In this document: piece after piece, positions 35,955 through 49,290 of the stretch
Layout of the letters: the number at the start of each line of letters is the position of its first letter
Numbering within the stretch: position 1 is the stretch's first letter
NCBI RefSeq assembly: GCF_004010195.1
Contig: NC_057758.1
Location: forward strand, 5,391,758-5,455,757
DNA: 64,000 nt
Reading direction: 5' to 3'
Source of the DNA: Chiloscyllium plagiosum
Lineage: Eukaryota
Translations under genes and position numbers: made by a program
Notes under the pieces: model-generated
What the model was told of the DNA's origin: nothing
Database searches by the model: none
Seen by the model: only the letters and a program-made list of their open reading frames with translations

Positions 35955-38530
35955 AAAGACCTTTGAGGCCAGGCTGCATCCTTGTAAATTTCGATTGCAC
36001 TCTTTTGCAGTTTAATGACATCCTTCCTGTAAAAACCTCATCAGTACTGTACACATTACTCCGTGTGGCCTGACCAACGTCTTGTATAACTGCACCATAA
36101 TTTCCCAACTTCGATACTGAATGCTCCGACTATTGAAGGGCAGTGTGTCAAAAGCCTTTTTCACTGCTCTGCCTATCTGTGGCTCCGCTATCAGAGAACT
36201 GTGAAGCTGACCTCCAAGATTCCTCTGTTCCACGACACGCCTTATGGCCCTACCATCACATAAAACTTCTAACTTGATTTTACTTTCCAAAAAGCAAGAC
36301 CTCACACTTATTTGTATTAAACTCCATTTGCCGTTTCACGGACCACTTTTCCAGGTTACCAAGGTCCTGCTTCAATTACTGTTAAACGTCCACACTGTCC
36401 ATGATACCGGGTATTTCTGCTTCATCAGCACACTTACTAACCATGCTTTGACATTCTCTAACAAGTCATTGATGCAGAAAATAAACGACACTGGGCCCAG
36501 CACCAACCCCTGAGGCACGCCACGATCGACAGGCCTCCAGAATGACAAGCATTCTTCCACTCATACTCACTGCTTTCTGCCATCAATCCAATTGTATATC
36601 CAATTTCCCAGCTTGCCCTGGATTCCATGCAACTTAACCATCCAAATCAACCTACCATTTGGAACATTACGAATGGCCTTACGGAAATTCATGAGGACTA
36701 CATCTGTGGCTCTGTCCTTGGCAACCTTCCTGTCACTTCATCAAAGCAGTTTAACAAGTCTGTGAGACATGATCTCCCATTCATAAAGACATGTTGACTA
36801 CTCTTTATCAAACATTGATTTTCCAAATGTATATATATCTTAACCACAGAAAATTCTCAAGTATCTTGGGCGGCACGGTGGCACAATGGTTCGCACTGCG
36901 GTTTCACAGCGCCAGAGATCCGCGTTCAATTCCCGTCTCAGGCAACTGCCTGCGTGGAGTTTGCACATTCTCCCCGTGTTTGCGTGGGTTTGTTCGGGTG
37001 CTCCGGTTTCCTTCCACAGTCCAAGAACGTGCAGGTTCGGTGAATTGACCAAGCTAAATTGCCCGTAGTGTTAGGTAAATGTAGTGGAATGGGTCTCAGT
37101 GGGTTGCTCTTTGGAGGGTCGGTGTGGACTTGTTGATCCAAAGGGACTGTTTCCATCCTGTAAGTAATCTAATCTAATTTACCCACAACAGATGTTAGAG
37201 TTACTGGTCTGTTGTTCACAGGCTTTTCTTTGAAGCCCTTCTTGAATGTGCAACATCATTTGCTCTCCTCCAGTCTTCTGGCTGTAGCTAATTCTGTTGT
37301 GAATCTAACAGTTTGGGCCCCCGCAATTTCTTCTCTGGACTCTTGCAGTGTTCTTGGATACATCTGATCAGGGACAGGAAATTTGTCCACCTTCATAGTT
37401 TGTAATACATCCAACACCGCATCTACTGTGGTATGGATTGCTCCCAAGATATCAACACTAACATTCCCACATTCCCAAGACTTCATGCCTTTCTCCACAG
37501 TAAACACATAGGAGCAATATTCATTGAGAAACTCGCCCATCTCCTGCGGTTCTTTACATACGTATCCACTGTGGTCATTGAGGGTCTCCAATATCTCTGT
37601 AGTTACCATTTTTCGTTTAATGCAGTTAAAGTACCTCTTTGGATTCGCGCTAACCTTCTCAGCCAAGGTTATGTCGTACACCTTTTTCGCCCTCATGATA
37701 TCTTTCCAAAGTAAATTCCTGTATTCGCTGTATACCTCCAGGGACGCCCTTGATCCCGGCTTCATGCACCTAAGCTACACCTACATGTTTCTGCACAAAG
37801 TCTCAACAACATTTATCATCCAAGGTGACTTATTCCTGCCATCGTAGCCCTTCCTCACACAGGAATATGTCGTGCTGGAACTGCAGCAATCTCAATTTCA
37901 AAGGCCTCCCAATTGCCATTTGTCCTTTTACCTGCAAACAACCTATTCCAATCAAAATCTGCAAGCTCCTACCTAATTCCAGCAAATGTGGCCTTTCCGC
38001 AATTTAGGACTTGAACCTGTGGACCAGTTTTGTCCCACTCTATGTCTATTTTAAAATTAACAGAGCTATGGTTACTGGTCACAATGTGCTCCCCAGGGTC
38101 ACCTCAGTCATCTGTCCTGCGTATTTCCCAAGAGTAGCTCTGGATTTGCCCAATCTGGAGTAGGACCCTCTATATACTGCTTGGGGTAACTTTCCTGAAC
38201 GCACTTCACAAATTCCAACCCATCGAATCCTATACCCTCTGGCAATCCTTGTTTTGGTTAGAAAAATTTAAATCCACTATCGTACAACCCTATTGCTCCT
38301 TCAAATATCCTCGATCTCCCTGCATATTTGTTCTCGTAATTCCCATTGACTATTTGGTGTATTATGGTATAACATTACCATTAAATGCTTGGTTCTCAGC
38401 TCCATTCATAAAGCCTTCGTGGGTGAGCCTTCAGTTCTTACATCTGGCCATTGCTTGAATATGCGCCTTCATCAAAAGCCTTCAGCCCCCCTCTCCCCTT
38501 CCACCACCTACATCCTGCCAGAAGCACCTG
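35955..38530 (-). mobile_element. Long degraded CR1 ORF2 with a SINE insertion
   Basis: RGVPQGLVLGPVSFIFCINDL, LYKTLVRPH, ANPKRYFNCIKRK and DKFPVPDQMYPRTLQE. Confidence 0.9.
36869..37178 (+). mobile_element. V-SINE (HE1-like), full length
   Basis: tRNA-like head, V-domain core and (taatc)n tail. Confidence 0.9.
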
Positions 38531-38850
38531 TACATGGTCCACTTGTGGATGGTCGATGGGCCAGGAGATGCGACAGTTACTATTGCTCACTCCCTTGTGG
38601 AATATGGGGGGAATCGGACTGTCCTAGCTCCTGTTGCACAATCCATTGATGGTGATGGGGGATGGACTGGATGGGGAAACATTAGCTCCTACTTCTCACT
38701 GCATTGTGCATGTGTGTTTGAAGTGTTTGGGGAGTCATTGAGATTCAGTCCCAAGGGGAAATGTCCAATTAGGATAAAGAGGACCCTGGCAGAGTGTGAC
38801 GCCAACGATCAGTGAGGAGGAATTCGGCACCAACAACCGAGGGAAGGGTG

Positions 38851-39510
38851 ATTGGATAGGCCAATGTAATGGCAGCGAGTTGTTGTGACTGAGTTGTGAG
38901 GTTTCGCTGGTTGGGCCAAGGGAGAATCAAATGAGCTGTGGGCGGGTGATTGAAAGCCTGCCTACAGCAAATACACTGCGTTTTCCTTGGAAGGCCATTG
39001 GGAGAGCGTGAGGGTGTTGAGGGACTGTTGAATTGTCCAATTGCAGTACGTTATTCAGGACCAATGGGCAATAACGAGAGGGAAATATCCGCATCGCCAC
39101 CAATAGGCAATAGAAAATAGCCAAGAGACAGGAGGTGCAGGAGTAGGCCATTCTGCCCTTCGAGCCTGCACCAGCATTCAATATGATCTTGGCTCATCTT
39201 CCTTAATCAGTATCCTGTTCCAATCAGAATACGGATAGTGGAGAAATTGGCCAGTACAACACATTGGAACTTTGGTAGGATGGTCAAATGGCCAGCGGAG
39301 TACTGAGCCAATCGTAATGGGGAAAATGGACGGGTCAGCACGATGTAGTGTTAAGCCAATCACTTAGAGGGAAGGGTAGGTGCGAGCATATGATGGACAG
39401 AGGTCTATTTCAATCGAAAATCAATGGCTTGGCAAGAGACAAGGATGGATCTGCCTACCAGCCAATAGGTGGCAGCGGTGCGGTCGGAGTCCATTGTGAA
39501 AGGAAAAGGT
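38851..39510. promoter_or_regulatory. Dense CCAAT-box cluster (promoter-like, possibly decayed)
   Basis: 12 CCAAT/ATTGG pentamers between 38851 and 39466; GC box gggcggg at ~38940. Confidence 0.45.
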
Positions 39511-39599
39511 GACAAAGGTGAAAAAATGAGAGAGGGGGAGAAAGTGGGAAGTGAATGTTCGTTATATTTCTATCACAGAGTGATTGTGTGTGTGCGGGA

Positions 39600-40350
39600 A
39601 TGTCTAAGTACTTGTCCATATCATTGTGAACCCATCTTATTCGTGGCCCCGTTGAGGATCCTTTTGAATGTTCTTGCTATCCAAGCCTCTTTCAATTCCT
39701 TGGGCAGCTTATTCCATACACGCACCACCTTCTGCGTGAAAACGTTACCCCTTAGGTCCGTTTTATAACTTTCCCCTTTCACCCTAAACCTATGCCCTCT
39801 CCAATTCTGGACTCCCGCACCCCCACGGAAAAGAGCTTGTCAATTTATCCTAACCATGCAATTCTTGATTTGACAAACTTCAGCTTTCGAAGCTCCAGGT
39901 AAAACAGCCACAGCCTTTATAGCTTCCCACTGTACCTCAAACCCTCCAACGTTTGCAACATCCTTGTGAAATATTTCTCAACCCTTTTCAATTTCACAAT
40001 ATATTTCCGAAAGAAGGGAGATGAGAACTGGACTTGTTATACCAAAAGTGCCCTCATCGATGTCCTGTACAGCTGCAAGATAACTTCCCAATTCTGAGAC
40101 GCGATGCTTAGTCCAATAAAGAAAAATGTGTAAATAAACTTCTTCACCAGCCTTTCTACCTGGGACTCCGCATCCATGGAACAATGCATCTGGACCACAG
40201 GTGTCTTTTTTCAGTGACACTCCGCAGGGACATATAATTAACTGGATAAGTCCTGCCTGGGGTTGACTTACCAAAATGCAGCAGCTCACCATTTTCAATA
40301 TTGAAGTCCATCTATAACTCATTGGCCCATCTGATTAAGTTCCTGCTAGA
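39600..40350 (-). mobile_element. CR1 3' region
   Basis: ttccatacacgcaccaccttctgcgtgaaaacgttaccccttagg is an antisense CR1 motif. Confidence 0.8.
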
Positions 40351-40661
40351 CTCTGATTTTTTTTCAGCGATGACCCTATTGTTGTTGTCACATTGGCTCC
40401 AGCTGGAGCTCTGTAGATAGTGGGCTCGAGCTGATCAACTGCCCTGCCCATGCCCGCCGGCCCTAAATCATACATCGTAGGATCCTTGCCGGCACAAATG
40501 TCCTCACCGTCTCCACATTAGTTCTCCCTCAGCCTCCCCTCACCCACTCCGCTTCCTTTACACTTCCGCCGCCTTTATGCTTTTCTGTCCACCTACGCCC
40601 TCCCACTCGAGGTTCACTTCCTCCTCCTGCTCCATCTGGGCTCCTGCAGCCACTATACTAC

Positions 40662-40968
40662 CTGTTAGCATTGTTGTCTCTCTGTGCCAGGGAACTGGCT
40701 TCGCTTCCAGCCTCGGGCAACTGTCTGTGTGGAGTTTGCACATTCTTCCTGTGTCTGCATGGGTTTCCTCCAGGTGCTCCGATTTTCTCCCACAGACCAG
40801 GTTTTGGAAACTGGCCATGATAAACTGCCCAGATGTCCTGGAATGTGTCAGCTAGATGCATGACTCAGGGGTTCGTGTAGAGTAATCGGGGACGGGGATT
40901 GCTCTGGAAACACTTTGCAAGGTCAGTGTGGACTTGTTGGGCCGAATGGCCAGTTTCCACACTGCAGT
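40662..40968 (+). mobile_element. V-SINE-like element, degraded
   Basis: ctgtctgtgtggagtttgcacattct core; ggacttgttgggccgaatggcc. Confidence 0.8.
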
Positions 40969-42022
40969 GTACTAAGTTTTAAAGAACCCACAAAGATCGG
41001 AATATGCAGTCCTGTTGCTCCCTTCCTCAACTGCCTTCCCCTCTTCGATTGACCCCTCCCCGCCATTCCTCATCTTCAACACTACCATCCACCAACTGAT
41101 CCTGTGAACCTGCTCTGTCATTGATTGTTCTCTCTCGGTGTCCCTCCCTCTCTCCCTCAATCTCTGTTTGTCTGTAACCACATTTCTCTCTCTATCTTCG
41201 CCTGCCCTGAATTCCTCGCCGCTATTCGGCCCACTTGATATGTTCTGGCTCATCTACCCGATAGTTCATCGGGACTTTACACCAGAACCCGAAAGACACG
41301 TCCCAGCGGCTATTGGCTGAGTCCAGTGAGTTATGTCAAGGAGCAGCCGGAACATATTTACCCCGAAATCACTCCACGTACTGGTATAACATAACCCCCT
41401 GCTCGAAAACCTTTTATCTCGTTTGCCTTGTTGAGCTGGTGAACTGCAGGAGGCTTTGCGGCCCCCTTATCGTTAGTGTCTATCTCGGGGTTGTGACATC
41501 ACCTGAGGATACCTTTCGGTCAATCTAGCCGGGGTGGGCTCCCCGTGTGTCAATTCAATTGTTCTCCAGTCTCGACAAGCTCCCTACCCCATCCGAACCA
41601 TGCTCGGTCCTCTGCTCGTGTGCCAATGGTGTGGCTGTCAGAGGGCATTTTTTCATGGATTGCCTTTTAGAGAGGTTGAACGGGAGGAGCCGAGGTGTCT
41701 GTAAAAAGGTCAACCTCTTGTGACGCGTTGCACTTGTACATATTATTGTTTGGTTTTCCAGTGGTGTTAACGTATTCTAAATTTTTCTGTTTGTTTTTTA
41801 ACTATAGTTTTTCTTCTCACTGAAAGTAGTTTAACCAGTCGAGAACCGTAACCAGGAAAGGAGCAGTCAGTTTATTTAGAGTTTTCGACAGCGCCCCACA
41901 ACCCCCCAATAACAACAGAGGCACAGAGGAGCAGATCAGGAGGCAACTTTTGGAACGGTGCAGAAATAACCGGGTTGTTGTAATGGGTGACTTCAATTTC
42001 CCGAATATTGATTGGAACCAAC

Positions 42023-42758
42023 ATTTACGACCTGTCAGAGAGCCTCTCAGCTAATTAAACCAAACACATAGAAAAGCCCACCTAACTTCATAATCTGTTA
42101 AAGAATAAGCGATAGGTAACAGCACAAATTCCACTACTTAATGGAAAAAAAATAAGAAGTTTATTATTTAGCTCCAATAAATAATTTTAAACAACAACTA
42201 TGTACAACTCTCAGCCACCTTTCAATTAAAGACTTTTTGTTTACCTCCCACTCGATAACAATGTACTGATTTGTTAAAGCCATATTCTATTTACAATAAA
42301 TCAATTTTCATAACCAGACAGTAATGTCGATGCTCCTCTGTTGATAACAGTGGGTAGTGTTTGGTTTTTTGATGAGCACATTGTTGAAATGAATAAGGTA
42401 CCTTTCAGAGAGAGGGTTTACAGCAATTTGTGTGATAATGGCAGGTGGTGCTGTCTCTCTCTGGAGAATTGTCCAAATTGCATGCTGTTTATACCCCAGA
42501 CGTCGGATTGTCTTTTTGGTTTGATGTTGTCAAAATAGTAAAATTCAAATTTGTTTGGGATTTAGTTTCTTGGGGTATAATTTAAGCCGAGTGGTTAAAT
42601 TCGAATTGCTGTTAAAACATAGCAACTAACACGTCTCACAGTTAACGATTACATTTATTCTATTTTCCAGCAGACGCTGAGACTGCTGTCAATCCCACCA
42701 CAGCATTCTGCATTCACTGTCTCTGAAAGGTAAAGTACATTCTCTCAACTTCATAACA
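42023..42758 (-). mobile_element. Solo-LTR-like repeat inserted in the CR1 endonuclease region
   Basis: Similar to the reverse complement of 25217-25895; ends cttcataaca. Confidence 0.6.
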
Positions 42759-44087
42759 CCACTCAATTCAATTCCTTTGGTTGGAGGCCATTTTCTTTCA
42801 GGTGTGTCCAGGATACGTTCCTGACGAAATAAAGAGAAATGCCGACTGGAGGAGAGGATGCATTGGATTTGCTGCTTGGCAACAAACCATAACAGCTGTT
42901 AGATCTCACAGTGGGAGAACATTTCCGTGGTAGTCATCACAACTCCCTGACCTTTGCTATACTCGTGGAGAGGGATAGGAGCAGATGGTATAGAAAAGGA
43001 TTTAATTGAGGGAGGGGGAATTACAATGCTATTAGGCAGGAAGTGGGACACCTAAATTGGAACACATGTTCTCAGGGAAATGCATGACAGAAGTGTGGAG
43101 ATTGTTTCGGAAGCACTTGCTAGTAGTGATGGATAGGTTGAGACAAGGAAGGGATGGTAGATTGAAAGAACCATGAATTCCAAGCGATGTGGCCCATCTC
43201 GTCAAGAGGTAAAGGAAACTTCCGTAAAGTTGAGAAGGTAAGGATCAGACAGGGCTTTGGGTGGTTACAAATGTAACGAGGAAGGAACTGAAGAATGGAT
43301 TAAGACAGGCAAAAACTGGCATGAAAATGATGTAGTGGGTAGGATTAAGGAAAACCCTAAGGCATTCTACACTTCCGTGAGGAACAAGAGGACGTCCAGA
43401 GTTATGGTTGGGCCGTGCAAGGATACTGGAGGGAAATTGCGCTTGGAGTTGGAGGTGGTTGGGGAGGTCCTGAGTGAATACTTTGCTTCAGCATTGACTA
43501 CTGAATGGGACCTTGATGTTTTGGAGGACAGCGTGAAAAAGATTGACATGCGAGAACAGGTTAGTGTTTAAAAGGATAATGTGCTGACAATTTTTATAAA
43601 CAGAAGGATAGATAAATACACTGGGCGAGATGAGATATGCCCTAGGATACTACAGGAAGTGAGCGAAGAGATTTGCCAACTTTGGCGATGATCTTTGCAT
43701 CCTCCCTATCCATTGGAGTAGTGTTAGATGATTGGAAGGTGGCAAATGTTATTCCCGCGTTCAAGAAAGATAATAGGGTTAATCCTGGCAATTACAGACG
43801 TCAGTAGAGGGCAAAGAACAGGAGTGGATTCTGAGAGACATAATTACTTGGAAATCCTTAGTTTGATTAGAGACAGTCAGGATGACTTTGTGAGGGGCAG
43901 GTCATACACCACAAACCTTATTGAATTCTTTGAGGATGTAACAAATCACGTTGATGAAGGTCGAGAGGTATATGGATTTTTGCAAGTCTTTTGATAAGGT
44001 CCCCCTGACATTTGATATTGTAGGGTCATTCAGAAAGTACGTAGGCATTGGATAAAGGCACATCTGGTTTCCTGGAAATAGAATTGC

Positions 44088-44288
44088 TGAAAATGTGTTG
44101 CTGGAACAGCGCAGTAGGTCAGACAGCATGCAGGGAACAGGAGAATCGACGTTTCGGGCATAAGCCCTGAAGAAGGGCTTAAGCCCGAAACGTCGATTCT
44201 CCTGTTCCCTGGATGCTGTCTGACCTGCTGCTCTGTTCCAGCAACACATTTTCAGCTCTGATCTCCAGCATCTGCAGACCTCACTTTC
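44088..44288. mobile_element. Palindromic Penelope-derived element with 18-bp TSD and hammerhead core (44167)
   Basis: TSD tcctggaaatagaattgc at 44070-44087 and 44289-44306; ~80-bp inverted arms. Confidence 0.9.
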
Positions 44289-45364
44289 TCCTGGAAATAG
44301 AATTGCCTGGCCCAATTAAGACTGAGGTTGATAGTAGATGGATAGTATTCAGCCTGTAGCTAGGTGACTGCAATTGAGTGGTGCTCTGCAGGGATCGGTT
44401 CTGGGACCCCTGCTCTTTGTAATTTTTATAAATGACTAGGATGATGAAGTGGAAGGACCGGTTGGTAAGTTTGCCAATGATACGAACGTTGATGAAGGTG
44501 TATATCGTGTGAAGAGCGTGAAGAGCTGTAATATTTTACAACAGGGCATTGACAGGCTGCAAAACGGGGCTGATAAGTGGCAGAAGGAGTTCAACCTGGG
44601 AAAGTGTGAAGCGATTCACTTTTGGAAGGTCAAATTTGAATGCAGAATGCAGGATTAATGACAGGATTCTTGTCAGTATGGAGGAATAGCGGTATCTTTG
44701 GCTCCACGTCCACAGATCCATCAGTGTTGCCACCCATTTTGATTGGGTTGTTCAGAAGGCGTATGGTATGATGCCTTTCCTTAGCAGGGGAAAGAGTTTA
44801 AGAGCCAAGATGCTGCATTGTAGATCTACAGAGCCCTGGTTTGACCACACTTGGAATATTGTTTTCAATTATTGTCGCCTCATTATAGGAAAGATTTGGA
44901 AGCTTTAGAGAGGGTGCAGAGGAGGTTTACAAGGATGCTGCCAGGACTGGAGTACATTTTCTTAGGAAGAAAGGTTGAGGGAGGTAGGCCTTTTCTCATT
45001 GGAGTGAAGAAGAGTGAAAGATGGTTTGATAGAGGTGTACAAGATGTTGAGAGTCATACAACGAATGGATAGCCAGAGACTTTTTCCCATGTTGGAAAAG
45101 AATGACGAGGTAACATAATTTGAACGTAATTGGAAGAAGGTTTAGGAAGAAGTAGGTCATTTACACAGAGAGTGTTAAGTGTGTGGAATGCCCTGCCTCA
45201 GTGGCATTTGAGTCAGATACATTTAAGTCACTCTTGGATAGGCATATGGAAGGTAATATAATGAAGGGTATGTAAGTTAGTCTGAATCTAGAGTAGAACA
45301 AAAGGCCAACACGACATCGAAGCACAGAGGGTCTGTTCTCGCTGTACTGTTCTGTGTTCTAGAT

Positions 45365-48120
45365 GCTTCAGGTGAGATAGAAATGGACGTCATCCAATGG
45401 GGTGGGGGAAGAGGGAAGCATTACTGATGGAGGGGAATGTCACAGCTGATATAAGAAAGAGCATCTTGGAGGCTCCTATCCAGCGAGGTCATATGGAGAG
45501 ATCTGAGGACGAGGAAAGGTGCAGTCACTGTGATGGGGTTACACGATAGGCTTCCTAAAAGCCAATGGGAGAGAGTGTGTAAGCAGATCAGCGACAGAGT
45601 TGTTGTATTGGGTAATTTTAATTCCCCCAGTATTGACTGGGACTCCCTTAGTGCCAGTGGCTGACATGGATTATGTGTATCCAGGGAGGTTTCTTAAACC
45701 CGTGTGCAGATCGCTCAGTGAAGGGGCTGTCCTAGATTTTATATTGGGGAATGAGCCTGACCAGGTGATCAAAGTATCTGTGAGGGAGCATTTTGGGAAC
45801 ATGATGATATTTCTGCAAGTTTTAAGGTTGTTACGGATAAGGATAAGATGGCTTCTCCGTCAAAGTGCTAAAGTTAGGGAAGGCGAATTACAACAGTATG
45901 AGGCAAGACGTTGGAGAAACTTCTCCAAATGGCTGTTTGAAGGTAAATCCACATCTGACATGTGGGAATCTTTTAAAGTACAGTTGATCAAAGTTCACGA
46001 CTCGCATGTTGCTATGAAGATAAAAAAATAAGGATGATAAGATTTGGCAACCTTGAATGATGTGACATGTTGAAACGTTAGCCAAATACAAAAGAAAGCA
46101 TATTTAGTAACTTGAGCTTTATGGAACTGAAATCCAGGTTGGCCTGAGAAGTTGTGTAAAAGAGCTGAAACAAGTTATTGGAAGTAATCATGAAAATGCC
46201 TTTGCAAGTAGAATTCAAGATAATCTGCAAGGCATGTTATACACAGATTCGGAGCAAGACGGTATTTAGGGAAGAGATGTTCCGCTCAAGGACAAAGGAG
46301 GGGAATTTTGGAGATGCCGTTGATGATAATTTTGCATTGGTATTCACTCAGGAGAAAGACATGGATTCTGGTAAGATTATAGAGGCACATGTTGATATTC
46401 TGGGGCATGTCAATATTGTTGTGATGTCAGTATTGAATGTTTTGAAACAAATTAAGGTAGCTAAGTCCCGAAGACCTGATAGGATCTAACTCAGAACACT
46501 GAAGGTAGCAATGGAGGAGATTGTTGGGGCCTTGAGAGAGAATTTTTGTATCCCCTTGAGTAACAGACAAAGGCCCAGAAGACTGGCGAAAAGCCTATGC
46601 TATTCCTATGTTGAGGAAGCGAAACCCAGTACATGATTTGTCAGTAAATCTTTAATCAGTCGGAGGGAAATTAATTGCGAAGATTCTTGGACAGCCGAAC
46701 TACTCAGATATGGGAAGAATGGACATTAGAGATAATCAGCATGGCTTTATGCAGGGCAGGCCCTGCCTCACAAACTTAATTTTTTTTTGAGTAAGTGACA
46801 AAGATGATTAATTAGGGTAGAGCAGAAGATATTGTCTGCATGTAAATTTACTACAGAATGTGACAAGGCCCCCCATGATAAGCCGATCCAGAAGATTGTG
46901 TTGAATAGAACCGACTGCAAGTTGGAAAGTTGGATACAAAATTAACTTGATTATAGAAGAGAGGGCAATTGTGGAGGACTGGTTTTCGCCCTGGAGGTCT
47001 GTGACCTGGTGTTCTGTGAGAGTGAGTGCTGGGACATTGGTTGGTTGTTCCTGATTATGAATGGAAATTGCAGGAACTCTGATTAGTAGGTCTGCAAGGT
47101 TTGTGGGCAGTAAGGAAGGTTACCAAAGGATACAACAGTACACAGACCATTTGGAACATTGAGGAGCGAAATGGCAGGTGGAGTTTAATCTGGATAAGTG
47201 TGAGGTGATGCATTTTGAGAAATCAAATGCAAGAGGAAATACAGTAAATGGCAGGACTATGAATTGCATTGATATCCAGAGGGATCTTGTGGTGCACGGC
47301 CACAGCTCCCTGAAAGTGGCAACGCAAGTGAACAAGGTGATAAAGACGGCCTATGGCATGCTGTCTTTCATCAGTCAGGGCTTTGAGTTCGCATGTTCCA
47401 GCTGTATAAAACTTTAACTTGTCCGCTTTTGGATGACTGCATGCATTTCTAGTCGTCGTACTGTCGGGAGGTTGTGCGGGCTTTGGACAGAGGGCAAGAA
47501 ATGTTCACCAAGATATTGTCTGAATGAGAGTGGATGAGCGAAAAGGAAAGTCGGCAAACGGTCTCTCAACCCCGGAGGCTCCCTGCCTCATTCCTGATGA
47601 AGGGCTTTTGCCTGAAACATCGATTTTCCTGCTCTTTGGATAATGCCTGACCTGCTGTGAATTTACGGCACTACTCAAATCTAGACTCTGATCTCCAGTA
47701 TGTGCAGTCCTCACGTTCACCTGCACAAACTTGCTTTGTATTCACGACAGCGTCAAATGTTGAGGGACAAATTGATCGAAACATATCAAATTATGAGAGG
47801 AAATGATAGGGTAGTTAGCAACTCTTTAATCCACGTGGATGTGTCAAATAATAGGGAAGAAAGAATTAAGGTGAAATGATAAGGTCTACAGGAGATGACG
47901 AGAATTTTTTTAAAAAGTGGTCGGTGCCTGGAACTGCAACCAGGGAAGGTGGGAAAATCAGATTTGATCGCAACGTTTTAGAGGCATTTGGACAGACATG
48001 TGAAAAGGCAGGGGATAAAGAGATAGGGATAATGTGCAGGCAGGTGGGATTAGTTTGGAATGGCAGCACGACCGACACAAATGTGGTGGGACAAATGGGC
48101 TGATCATTCTGTGTCCTGTA
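45365..48120 (+). mobile_element. Second degraded CR1 ORF2 (Penelope terminus inserted at ~47565-47725)
   Basis: GAVLDFILGNEPDQV, MWESFK and EFNLDKCEVMHF. Confidence 0.85.
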
Positions 48121-48790
48121 AAAAAAAAACGAACATTTCATTGGGGTGTGTGTTACAGACTGGAAAGTAATTGAGAAGCATAAAGATGACTTATATGAAA
48201 TAACAGATACTCAAGAGTGAGTTACAAGTTGGAATGTGACTGAGCGCTGCATATTTGACAGGTGGCCCACGACCGTACAGTATTTTTGTTCCAGATACAC
48301 AGTACAATCAGGAAGATCTTAGCCTGACGATGGGCGGTTATTTTTTAGGATATTCTGACATCACAACGCAATCTGGCAACAGAGTACAGAGTGAGTTCCC
48401 ATCCAATCATAAACAGGGAAGGCCAGAGAATGAGTGTGTGTGTGTGTGAGTGAGAGAGAGAGAGAATGTTAGAGTGTGAGGGTGCGTACATGCTCATGTG
48501 TGCATGGCTGGTTATCGTCGCACAACAGTCCATGCAAAGGTATGTATGCACAACTGGCATGTGACAGTTCTCATGGGAATCAGATTGTATTAAAGAGGCC
48601 CTTTCATCAAACAAGTTTGTATCAGCAAAACAATGCAGTTCCGAGGCAGGGCCAGGCGGGTGGCGGGGTGGGGGGTGTGGGGAGGGGTTGTTGCAGAGCT
48701 TGCCAGTGTGGATTGGAGAGAGCAAAAACAAAGGGTGGTTGGTTGTGAGGTAGGGAAGAGCATGAGAACTCTAGGGGGATTCAGCACTAG

Positions 48791-49290
48791 ACCGACTGGG
48801 GGGCGGAGTACAATGTGAGGGAAACAGAGTTTGTGGGAGATGGTGTGTGAACGAGGGTAGCAGGGAGGGACAGAGATGGCAGGGGAGGACGGGCAGAGGT
48901 CGAGAGAGATTGGAGAAAGGGCAGAGGGCGAGAGCCACTGCGGGGTTTGGGGCTGTGGGAGGTGGAAAGAATGTGACAGCAGTGGGGGTGAAAGAGCGTA
49001 GCAGAGAGGGACAGCAGGAAAGGGCAAGCAGAGGACTAAACCGACTGGGGGGCGGAGTACAATGTGAGGGGAACAGGGTTTGTGGGAGACGCTGTGTGAA
49101 CAGGGCTAGCAGGGAGTGACAGAGATGGCAGGGGAGGGCGGGCAGAGGTCGAGAGCGAATGGGAAAATGGCAGAGCGCGAGAGCAACTGCGGGGTTTGGG
49201 GCTGTGGGAGGAGGGAAGAATGTGACAGCAATGGGGGTGAAACAGCATAGCAGAGAGGGACAGCAGGGAAGGGCAGGCAGACGTCGAGAG
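48791..49290. repeat. ~249-bp purine-rich tandem duplication (2 copies)
   Basis: accgactggggggcggagtacaatgtgaggg at 48791 and 49040. Confidence 0.9.

Larger units (their letters stand above)
41860..45362 (+). mobile_element. Near-complete degraded CR1 ORF2 (endonuclease to 3' tail), interrupted by a solo LTR and a hairpin
   Basis: VVVMGDFNFPNIDW, RIKENPKAFY, FVRGRSYTTNLIEFFEDVT, KFANDT and ERVQRRFTRMLPGL. Confidence 0.9.

Noticed and set aside
38389..38649. Six-cysteine peptide RRCDSYYCSLPCGIWGESDCPSSCCTIH
   Set aside because: Spacing (x4,x3,x7,x3) is too short for a beta-defensin, there is no clear acceptor or signal exon, and the ORF start lies in antisense CR1.
15400..40968. tRNA-like A/B-box sequences at 15400, 26428, 36869 and 40662
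   Set aside because: These are SINE heads followed by SINE core and tail, not tRNA genes.
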